NCBI GenBank assembly: GCA_002269645.1
Contig: NIVC01002528.1
Span: forward strand, 62,001 to 126,000
Reading direction: 5' to 3'
DNA from: Macrostomum lignano
Lineage: Eukaryota
Length of the DNA stretch: 64,000 nucleotides
The notes under the pieces were generated by a model. That model saw nothing but the letters and a program-made list of their open reading frames with translations. It had not been told where the DNA came from and searched no databases. Numbering within the stretch: the first letter of the stretch is position 1; each line of letters begins with the position of its first letter. Position numbers and translations under genes: made by a program. Below, one piece after another: positions 37,238 through 59,900 of this stretch.

Positions 37238-40200
37238 TTAAAAAATCAGCGAGAAATCCGACAAATCTTCCACCATCTCTTTTCGCAATTTCTCAAAGCT
37301 GTGCCTCTTTGCGGTTATCTTGTACCAGGTGTCTCGGTTCAGATACTCATCGCTGTTGTCTCCCACGGCGCACAGCTCAGATTCCAGCAGCTTCTTACTG
37401 AAGTTAAAATGCTTTTGATCAAAATTGGCCGAGGTTATAACCGCTTGAACTGGCTCGCTTACGTCGTCTGGAGGGCAGTAGGCCAGAATCTTCGAGTGGC
37501 AGTAGTATAGCCTCTGCTTGAGAGACCCTTGACTCATCTCCTGCCAGTGAACCTCCACTGACTTGAGCTCGGACGCTAATTTGACGAAGAGTTCCGGTTT
37601 ATCGCGGTAGCACAGAGTCAGCTTGACTCTGGAGCCTTCAGCGTCGCGTTGTTTCAAGATGTTTGCCAGGTAAACAGCGTTGAGATTCCGCTTGGGATTA
37701 AAGAAATTCTTTTGCGAATTAAAGAATGGCGACAAGATGAAAACTTCGCCTCCGAGAGGCTGGCTGAACCACTCGAGTAGAGTAGCGTCCAGCAGGTGGA
37801 TGAGCTGGTCGGATGTGAATTGTAAATCATCCAGCTCGATTATAATTAATGAGCTGTCAGGCTTTCCCGACGATTTGTTCTCCTTCACTATTGGACTGCT
37901 AGTACATGGTGCACTTGCAAAGTGGCCGGTCGATGGTTGAACGTCTGAGACAATGGACCAATGTATATGTGGTATGCGCGAGTGAACAAACAATAAGTAC
38001 ACGAGCTCATACGGTAATAATGGTCTGTGCTCGTTTGCTTAGACAGGGTCCCCTGGACGAGAACTTGAGATACTACATGAGAATCTCTAGATGGGTGTGT
38101 CTACCCGTACAACAATCCGACGTCGCACCGACCTCTGAACCGACGTCGTACGACGTCTATGTAACATTACGTGTTTCCTATTGGTCGGACGTCGGGCCGA
38201 CGTCGAAGTCGTAGTCCAAAAATTTATTTCGCGCTTCTTTAACATTTATTTTCGCGGGATGAACTGGCAAGCAATACTGTTATGCTTAATTTAATTATTT
38301 AAGGCGAATAACGTGAATTAAGGCGAATTTAATTTTTCGACTACGACTTCGACGTCAGCCCGACGTCCGACCAATAGGAAACACGTAATGTTACATAGAC
38401 GTCGTACGACGTCGGTCAGATACGTCGGATTGTTGTACGGGCTAGGACCTATAGATGGGTGTGTCTAGAATCTCTAGATGGGTGTGTCTAGGATCTATAG
38501 ATGGGTGTGTCTAGAATCTCTAGATGGGTGTGTCTAGGATCTATAGATGGGTGTGTCTATGATCTATAGATGGGTGTGTCTAGGATCTCTAGATAGGTGT
38601 GTCCTATGATCTCTATATAGGTGTGTCTAGGATCTATAGATGGGTGTGCAGGATCTCTAGATGGGTATGCAGGATCTCTAGATGGGTGTGTCTAGGATCT
38701 ATAGATGGGTGTGCAGGATCTCTAGATGGGTATGCAGGATCTCTAGATGGGTGTGTCTATGATCTCTAGATGGGTGTGTCTAGGATCTATAGATGGGTGT
38801 GTCTATGTTCTCTAGATGGGTGTGTCTAGGATCTCTAGATGTGTGTGTCTAGGATCTCTAGATGGGTGTGTCTATGATCTCTAGATAGGTGTGTCCTATG
38901 ATCTCTATATAGGTGTGTCTAGGATCTATAGATGGGTGTGCAGGATCTCTAGATGGGTATGCAGGATCTCTAGATGGGTGTGCAGGATCTCTAGATGGGT
39001 GTGCAGGATCTATAAATGGGTAGGCAGCATCTATAGATAAATGCCAGGTTCTGTAGATATGTGGTTTCCAGGGGCCTCTGGTTCTCTAAAAGTCTGGGAT
39101 GAGATCCATGAAATTCTGGCGGGATTTACTCTGCCCGAGCGGTAATTCCAATAAAACTATAAACTTAGATAAATGTGAACATTATTTAACTATTTATTAA
39201 TCTGCCCAACAAGGCCAGAACAGATATCTCATAACTTACCAGTTCGCATCAATTTAGTTGGAGTGGCGTATTCTTTGAGTATGTTCCATTCAATATCGTC
39301 ATAGCTACTCATGGTTGCTGCGCGTTTACGAGCAGAGACAGTGGCATTGTCATTCGACTCAGGTGACCAGGTTGTTCCGGTGAGCTCGGTCCTCTGCACC
39401 AGCTGATTGACTAAGCTGTTCGAATCTAAATTGTAATAATTCATTTATTCATGTAAGGATTGTTTGATTTATTGAATAATCTTTCAGTTTACTAGTACTA
39501 ATTCCTTTATTGATTGTTTATCCCTTCATTGATTACTTCATATACCAATTGATCGATCGATTGATTAATTGCTAGACTGATTGATTGATTGATAGATTGA
39601 TTGCTGGGTTTCATTAATTGATTGACTGATTGATTGATTGATTGATTGATTGACTGATTGATTGATTGACTGATTGATTGCTGGGTTGATTGATTGATTG
39701 CTGGGTTTCATTGATTAATTGCTGGGTTTCATTGATTGATTGACTGATTGATTGATTGACTGATTGATTGACTGACTGATTGATTGACTGATTGATTGAT
39801 TGACTGATTGATTGCTGGGTTGATTGATTGATTGCTGGGTTTCATTGATTAATTGCTGGGTTTCATTGATTGATTGACTGATTGATTGATTGATTGATTG
39901 ACTGATTGATTGATTGACTGATTGATTGCTGGGTTGATTGATTGATTGATTGATTGATTGACTGATTGATTGATTGCTGGGTTTCATTGATTGATTGCTG
40001 GGTTTCATTGATTGATTGACTGATTGATTGATTGACTGATTGATTGATTGACTGATTGATTGACTGACTGACTGATTGATTGACTGATTGATTGATTGAC
40101 TGATTGATTGCTGGGTTGATTGATTGATTGATTGATTGATTGACTGATTGATTGATTGCTGGGTTTCATTGATTGATTGACTGATTGATTGACTGACTGA

Positions 40201-41111
40201 TTGATTGATTGCTTGATTGCTGGTCTGATTGATTGCTTGATTCATTTACTCGTTAATTCATTCATTGCTTGCCTGAAAGGAACCGATATCATTTCAAAGA
40301 GCTAACGTTTGGAACAAAATTTCGAGAGGCATCGAGAATCCCTAATTAAACATTGGAACCGAGAAAAATATTTTTTTGTACACGACGGCAAAAATTTCGA
40401 GTGACCTTATAGCCTGGTAAAGTACCGGTCATTTATAAAATGCTACTTAGAAGTAGAGTAATACAAACACTCGCTGTATAACAAAATAATAAATCGTTAT
40501 GAAAAAACAATCAAACAATTAATAAACAACGAATTACCGAAAGTAGAGTTACAGCTAGGCTAGGCTGCTTATTAAAAAACCAATTTCCGTTGAATTTTTA
40601 GTTCCGATACCCCTAAGAGGTTTATTGATTTGATTATTGATTGAACCTAATCACGATACCCTAGACGCCTAGAGTAACAGGATTTAGTTACTCAGTTATT
40701 CAGATTCAGTTATTCAGAGAAAGATGCCCTTTCTGGAGGACCTAATTGGTATTATGGTAAATTGATAACATTATTAGACCGCATCCTAGTTGTGTTTTCG
40801 AACTTTCGAGCTCGGGTAATAGTAAAAGCTCCCACGAATTGAATTGTTTTGTATAAACTACAGTTGCTCTTGTAAGTACGGAGTCTGTAACCATAAGTGA
40901 TCACTAAAATTTGTTCTCAGACTTGCGGTCTAAAGTCTCTCCTCTCTCACTCTCTCTGTCTCTCTCCTCTCTCTTTCTCTCTCCCCTCTCTCTCTCTCTG
41001 TCTCCCTCTCTAATGTAATAATTCACATCAAAATTGACAAATAAAAAAGCAAGCAATCAACAACACTTTACCTGTCGAATTGTCCAGATTTTCCCGTCGA
41101 GTTTGAGACAT
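37238..41111 (-). CDS. Uncharacterised protein with a putative single phospholipase-D/nuclease (HKD-like) domain; 3 exons 41111-41072, 39425-39240, 37944-37238; ~310 aa
   Basis: Both introns are GT-AG in phase 1 (ACA G|gtaaag...atttag|AT TCG; ACT G|gtaagt...tctcag|AC GTT), and both contain tandem arrays like the other genes' introns. The 235-codon last exon is non-repetitive and has EVFILSPFF ... YCHSKILAY ... QAVITSANF, which match the PLD-superfamily pattern (I-x-SP; HxK; [GT]SxN). The fold call is from motif recognition only. Confidence 0.62.
38075..39040. repeat. 21/23-bp minisatellite (TCTAGATGGGTGTGTCTAGGATC) in intron 2 of the PLD-like gene
   Basis: Directly visible; interrupted near its start by a MITE. 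Confidence 0.92.
38104..38441. mobile_element. 338-bp non-autonomous DNA transposon (MITE) with ~115-bp TIRs (CCCGTACAACAATCCGACGT...) and a 3-bp TSD, CTA
   Basis: The arms are near-perfect reverse complements apart from one ~10-bp indel. CTA occurs at 38101-38103 and 38442-38444. Removing the element and one CTA approximately restores a minisatellite unit (GTGTGT-CTA-GGACCTATAGATGGG). Confidence 0.88.
39545..40250. repeat. (TGAT)n-based microsatellite with GCTGGGTTTC interruptions, intron 1 of the PLD-like gene
   Basis: Directly visible. Confidence 0.93.
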
Positions 41112-41825
41112 GCTTCTTTTAAAACAGAGGAACAAGAAAAGTAGAAGATTAACGGAGAACAAGCGAAGAGCCGGCTTGCAAGAAGTTTCTTGAACAGAGA
41201 GGAGCGTCTGGCTTATCCTTATATACCTGGAATTAAGGCATTCCTTCACTGGGGGGGGGGGCGGGTGGATCCAGAGAGGGAGAGAGAAAATGGGATTGAC
41301 AATGTACATATCAATAGAACTTGCTGGCTCCTGCATGTGCTGCTTCAGGACTGTATCCGCAAACTGTCAAGGTAGGCCCCCACACCCTCCTGAGATAGAC
41401 ACGGAGTCACCCTCCACCCATGCGATGACTCATAATTTTTTCGAATATAAATCTGTGCACACACGGTGGATCTGCTCGCTATAACGCTGGGCCCGCATCA
41501 CCATTTGTTAGAACTGTCTGAGTCATAACCCCAACCTTCCAACACTTCCAATGGTAGATTAGATAACACTGCCCCGGAGTCGTGAAATGGCTGAATATGA
41601 ATAAGGGATGAGGCCCATATTAGTTTAGCTAATTTTAGACATCTATAATGAAATAACCATGGCTTAGAAATTTTCCAGAGACTCCAGGAGCGATCAGCGA
41701 TTTCAGGCATCTTGGTCTCCTCCCTTCGGTGCCTCCGATTTTAGCTTAAAATTAGCTTAAAAATTAATTTTTTTAAACAGCTCATCTGAAAAATAACGGC
41801 CAGACGGTTCTCTAAAAAATCATTT

Positions 41826-42502
<677 letters not shown>

Positions 42503-42830
42503 GAACGCAAAATTAGTATATAGAAGATTTAGTATATTTAGAGGTGTGTTATATCAATAATTATAGTTGTATAGTTAGTCATTTGGTTTTAAGTTTTTTG
42601 TCTAATGAATTGCATGTAAATGAAATTTTATTAAGTAATCCACATATACTAAATATCTAAAGTCTGTTAAGTAATATTAGCTAAACTTCAAATATTTAAC
42701 GACAACTAAGATATGAAAAAATGTTTGAATAATAACAGACGTTACGATTTTGGTACAACAAGCATTCATCTACGCGTACCAGTTTAGTAACAAAGCAAAA
42801 CATTTCTTCCTACTAAGACTAACCCTAACT

Positions 42831-42970
42831 CAGGGGCGTCGCCACCAGGAAGGACAGGGCGGACATTCCCTGCCCCCCCCCCCCAGTAAAGCTATGGGGG
42901 GGCATGTCAATGCTTTGTCCCCCCGCGCCCCACCTTGCGACCCGTTATGGAAATCAAAAAGTTTGCCTCA
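42831..42970 (+). mobile_element. Fragment of a dispersed repeat (probable MITE end, CAGGGGCG...), homologous to 52235-52356 in the opposite orientation
   Basis: Shared strings CCCAGTAAA(A)GCTATGGGGGG, ATGCTTTGTCCCCC and CGTTATGGAAATCAA. Confidence 0.65.
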
Positions 42971-43150
42971 TGGCGCAAAATGAGTAACTGTGGGGCTGGA
43001 TGTGGGATAATATCGCCGAAGGCGGCGTTGCGCCAGGATGCCGGCAGAACTGCAACTATTTTCATTAATATTATTGTTATAGTTATAGCCTCAGGTCGTG
43101 GCCTCAGTGCTTTTACCCCTGAGCTACTCTGCTTCCACATAATGTGTTAA

Positions 43151-49297
<6,147 letters not shown>

Positions 49298-49678
49298 GGC
49301 TTGAGCTTAGCTATATCGATTTCTAGATGATACTTTGCAGGTTTGAAGAATCCTGATTTTCGCTGGGCCTGATCCGAGATTAAATATATAGACTTCAATT
49401 TCAATGCAAATGATACATCTGCAGGGTTGGTTGCGTTGGTCAACCTGTCATCATGCAGAATTATACGGCTTTATTTAATGGCTTGCAGCTTAGATTTACT
49501 TCCAATTAAGTATAAGTTTCCCTTGATCAAGAATCAGAGATCGTCACGGATATCACGTCAAATACTGTAAAGTGCATGATGGGCATTAATAGTTCCAAAT
49601 TCGATCTCATTAAATGCTACAGTACTTAACTTACTCTTGCCTACTATAAATCAATATTGCTTAGTCTATATCCTTCTA

Positions 49679-51100
49679 TACCTTTTTACGTTCTATTTGA
49701 TAAAAACTGCAACCAATTTGGCCACGGCTCAGCCTGACCATAGACATAGAATTTTCCATAGACAGCCACCGCCAGCGGCAACCAATCTGGTAAAAACTGC
49801 GAGCTATTTTGCCAGCTTGAAGATAGCAGCTGCTCTGATGGCGAATCGTGGGCCGTACCAAAAGATAAGTCAGCTGGATCGAGAGCGAATCGTGAGAGCG
49901 TACAGGAGTGGCGACGACTGGGGAGAGCTTGGCAGAATGATGGGGATGAAGAAACCGACAGTGAGGAACATCGTGACCACGTATGAACGAACTGGTAGAG
50001 TTGGCACTCTGCCAAAAGGAGGAGTGAAGAGGATGGCGCTGACGGAGGCTATGGTGGACACCATTGTTCAATTCGTCGAAGGTCAACCTACTGCGACGCT
50101 GCAACAAATGAGAGAGCACCTGCTGCACCAACACAATGACGTTGCCAACGTGAGTCTGACCACTATCAGTCGTGCTCTGGATGGTCGCCTCATCACCCTG
50201 AAGTTACTGCGCCAGGTACCTGTGAACTGGAACATGCCTGTTACAAAGGAGGCGCGAAGGATGCACGTTGAATGGATGCTGGACGAGGGAAGCCAGGTGA
50301 ACACCATCTTCATGGACGAGTTTGGGGTGAACATCTGGACGGCGAGGACTCAAGGCCGCTCAGCGAAGGGGCTCCCAGCTGTGACTGTCGTCAGCGGACA
50401 GCGTGGGCAGAATCTCACCATCTGCCTGGCCATCTCGCAACTCGGCCTGATTCACAGCACTCTCGTCGAAGGAGGCTTTAAGAACGAGCACTTCATGGAA
50501 TTCCTCTCTGAGATCGATGTTCTGATGGAAGAGGAGTTTGTGCTACTGTCCGATGGGGCTCGCACTCACCTAGGTGTCCCTGGGATGTCTGAAGGTCATG
50601 CTCACCGATTCCTGCCTCCATACTCGCCGTTCATCAACCCGGCGGAGTACGCAGGCTCAGCGCTGAAGGCCAAGCTGAAAACGCAATTGCAATCACCTGC
50701 CATTCAGCTCGAGGTGGCAGATACTGGACTGGCTGCTGCAGCAGGTGCGACACTGCATCAGCACAGGATGCGCATTCTGAAGAGAGAAGTGCAGCAAGCA
50801 CTGAACTGCATCACGCCTCTCAAGTGCCTGCGCTGGATCAACCATTCCCAGACGTACTTCAATCGGTGCTTGAATGCTGAGGACATAATGTTCTGACTTC
50901 GTGCATGTATTGTTAACATTCTTTATCGTTATTGTTATGCTATTGAGCTGCTATCTTCAAGCTGGCAAAATAGCTCGCAGTTTTTACCAAATTGGTTGCC
51001 GCTATAGCGGTGGCTGTCTATGGAAAATTCTATGTCTATGGTCAGGCTGAGCCGTGGCCAAATTGGTTGCAGTTTTTATCAAATAGAACGTAAAAAGGAA
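49679..51100 (+). mobile_element. Full-length IS630/Tc1/mariner DNA transposon, 1422 bp, with ~150-bp TIRs (about 49679-49831 and 50946-51100) and TA flanks
   Basis: The left end ...CCTTTTTACGTTCTATTTGATAAAAACTGC... is the reverse complement of the right end ...GCAGTTTTTATCAAATAGAACGTAAAAAGG, with only a few substitutions and one small indel across the TIR. TA occurs at 49677-49678 and 51101-51102. The element contains one intact transposase ORF. Confidence 0.92.
49838..50896 (+). CDS. DDE_3-type (IS630/Tc1) transposase, 352 aa, catalytic triad D...D-x30-E
   Basis: ATG at 49838 (MANRGPY...). N-terminal paired-like HTH pattern (RERIVRAY...TVRNIV...TGRV...GG), IFMDE, GQRGQNLT, LLSDGARTH, FLPPYSPFINPAE. 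No stops or frameshifts. Confidence 0.92.
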   Translation: MANRGPYQKISQLDRERIVRAYRSGDDWGELGRMMGMKKPTVRNIVTTYERTGRVGTLPKGGVKRMALTEAMVDTIVQFVEGQPTATLQQMREHLLHQHNDVANVSLTTISRALDGRLITLKLLRQVPVNWNMPVTKEARRMHVEWMLDEGSQVNTIFMDEFGVNIWTARTQGRSAKGLPAVTVVSGQRGQNLTICLAISQLGLIHSTLVEGGFKNEHFMEFLSEIDVLMEEEFVLLSDGARTHLGVPGMSEGHAHRFLPPYSPFINPAEYAGSALKAKLKTQLQSPAIQLEVADTGLAAAAGATLHQHRMRILKREVQQALNCITPLKCLRWINHSQTYFNRCLNAEDIMF

Positions 51101-51364
51101 TATTATTAATCTGGTAATAGGAACACCATAAGCATACGTGCGCTTCCAAAGTTCCAATCAACAGTCTATATGGCTGTCAAAGCTCGTATGCACAGTAAAT
51201 TATGTTTGGAAAAGCAAAATCATTTTTCACCCCCAGACTGATTTGATCGAAGACTCATTCGATGTGTCTGTGAAATTAAGCTTGTCAGTCAAGATGCAGT
51301 GTAGTAGACTAGAATAGTAGAGATGTCTATTACACATGCGCCGCACTTATTTTAGCACCGCAGC

Positions 51365-52200
51365 TAGAACTCATTTTGGCGCCAGACACTCATTTTGGCG
51401 CCACAGACACTTTTTCTGGCCGCAAACACTCATTTTGGCGCCGTACTCATTTTAGCGCCACAGACACTCATTTTAGCGCCACAGACACTCATTTTAGCGC
51501 CACAGACACTCATTTTAGCGCCGCAGACAGACACTCATTTTGGCGCCACAGACACTTTTTCTGGCCGCAAACACTCATTTTGGCGCCGTACTCATTTTAG
51601 CGCCACAGACACTCATTTTAGCGCCGCAGACAAACACTAATTTTGGCGCCGCAGTCATTTTGGCGCCGCAGTCATTTTGGCGCCGCAGACAGACACTCAT
51701 TTTGGCGCCGCAGACAGACACACATTTTGGCGCCGCAGACAGACACTCATTTTGGCGCCGCAGTCATTATAGCGCCGCAGACAGACACTCATTTTGGCGC
51801 CGCAGACAGACACTCATTTTGGCGCCGCAGTCATTTTGGCGCCGCAGACAGACACACATTTTGGCGCCGCAGTCATTTTGGCGCCGCAGTCATTTTGGCA
51901 CCGCAGACAGACACTCATTTTGGCGCCGCAGACAGACACTCATTTTGGCGCCGCAGTCATTTTGGCGCCGCAGACAGACGCACATTTTGGCGCCGCAGAC
52001 AGACACTCATTTTGGCGCCGCAGTCATTATAGCGCCGCAGACAGACACTCATTTTGGCGCCGCAGACAGACACTCATTTTGGCGCCGCAGACAGACACTC
52101 ATTTTGGCGCCGCAGACAGACACTCATTTTGGCGCCGCAGTCATTTTAGCGCCGCAGACAGACACTCATTTTGGCGCCACATATATACTCATTATGGCGC
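51365..52200. repeat. 17/25-bp minisatellite (CATTTTGGCGCCGCAG[ACAGACACT]) between the SLC16 and Rab6 starts
   Basis: Directly visible. Confidence 0.93.
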
Positions 52201-52234
52201 CGAGAGCGCTATATATTTTGGGGCCCTGAAGCAT

Positions 52235-52356
52235 AAATTATTGATTTCCATAACGAGTCACAAGGGTAGGGTGAGGGGGACAAAGCATTTGCATGTCCCC
52301 CCATAGCTTTTACTGGGATAGGACACCCCCATGTCCCCCTAGTGGCTTTGCCACTG
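52235..52356 (-). mobile_element. Second copy of the dispersed repeat at 42831-42970; ends in GCCACTG (reverse complement CAGTGGC, an hAT-like terminus)
   Basis: Sequence similarity to 42831-42970 on the opposite strand. No TSD identified. Confidence 0.6.
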
Positions 52357-53327
52357 ATAGTGCAGCTATACAGACAAAGTGGTACTTGAATTAGTCGTGC
52401 CAAATGTATAATCAGAACACATAATCCATCGATCACGTCGCCTGACTGCCAAATGTGGTATTTTTACATCCACCAACGTTCAGCCTTCCCCAACTGACTC
52501 GCTGTACATTGCATGGGGTCTTCATTTGCTACTGATTTTCTGGATGCATACATGATCGATCATGCACCACACGTTTTGTAGAGTTCGTATTACATATAGC
52601 CAAGGACCAATCGACTACGTGGTCCTTGCATATAGCTTTATATAATTACAGTGTATTACGCATAACATAGTCACCAAGAAGATTTAAATCAGTTAAAGCA
52701 ATAAGTTCTGAAGATTTCTGTTTTTAAACTAATATTTAATAAAATATTAAAATATAGGATTCCACAATTTCGGTAAATTTCGGTAAAGATCGAGCTTACC
52801 AATTCGGAAAGTAATTGGCTGATTTGCTATAATTTCTAGTCGGATGGTTGCAACTGAATAACAATAACAAAATGAAAGCGTAGTGAGCTAAGTGTCATGA
52901 ATGTGTGAATGAAGCTTATATTATTTTTCGCGTTAATCGGCGGAATTTCATTGGCTGACTGGCACACAGTGATGCAAAAATCGGCACTTATTAAAAAAGT
53001 GTCATTTTATAATTTTTAAAAAAATTACAGAGATCAACTAAATTCTCTGTACTTAGATAAAAAGTCTAACTACAGCATTTTTTACATAAAAGTTTTGTTA
53101 TGTAATGCAGTGATAGCTAACGTAGTTCTTTAAAAATTACAAACTGATATTTTCTATAAAACGGAGAAGTTTTCCAAGTTGAGGACTTGAGGCCAAGCGT
53201 AGCCTAGCCTACTAGTTCGATTGGCAAAAAAGTGTTTTTCCTAAGCTGGAAAAATCTGTGAATTGAATTTATATAATTAACACGTTCATCAACTTATAAC
53301 GCTGATTTTTTAATTATCAAAACTACA

Positions 53328-58816
<5,489 letters not shown>

Positions 58817-58929
58817 TAACTACGAGCTACTTGTCTTGTCAAGACGTTTGAAGTCTTATTTGAGAGAGGAGATGTGAGAGAGGAGCGATTAGCGATGCCA
58901 GAGAGGAGAGAAGAGGGGAGTGAGGCGGG

Positions 58930-58960
<31 letters not shown>

Positions 58961-59900
58961 GTCACAGCGTGTTAAATTTTTTATTTGAATATAGGCTACC
59001 GGTGTCCGTCTTAAAAGAATCTGCGTTGTTTTATTAGTCTTAAAATATTCCGACAAAATTGCAAGTAGACAATAAATTATTACTGCAAAGTGCATTTCAA
59101 CAAAAAGACAATGACAATCCAGAACTGAATGAATTGTACTCGTACACAAAATTAATTAATCCACTTTATAAGAGCCTAAAATTAACTCTTAAAATATTAT
59201 ATTATTATATAATATAATATATAATATTATAATCTTGGAATAATATTATAATTAGTATTACCAGAATAATATTAATCTGGTATTTTAGCGATTTAAATTA
59301 AATTAAGTTGAGTAAAGTATTTCGCGAGAGAGTCAGGAGATTTGACTGCATTTCGCGGGGTACACTGCCAGTCTGCTACAGCAAGCTTTGATTAGCAGGA
59401 AGCATTTGCTCCACGGTGCAAACGGTGCTAAGGCTAAACATCGGCAATAAAAGGAATGAACTTATACGAGCGTATTTACTGGTCTCAACCTGTCTTACCT
59501 CCTCCCCTTAGTCTTACAGTACTCGGTCCCTCTCCTATATTCTAATCTCTCTTTGTATCTGGCTCCCTACCACCCTTACAATGATGCGTATTGAATACTC
59601 GCAACTACTACCAGTGATGGAAAGTATAAACGTACTTAATGTTCGGTATAAGGTAAAGTTAAAGTTAATGAACAACAGCTGTCAATAGCGGAGTCTGAGT
59701 CGCTGGACACTATCGCGGACGCATTTGCGGCCGTATTCTTTCTCTTGCGAGTTTTTTTTGCCGCCGCTGCCCAACTTCTCCGGTGCTCACTGCTCCGTCT
59801 CCGGGTCTCATCGAAGCATATTTGTACGGCCTTGTTAATTTCGAATGATTTACGTACAGTGAAACAAGGGACGCATCATTGTCTCAAACATGCAAAAAGT

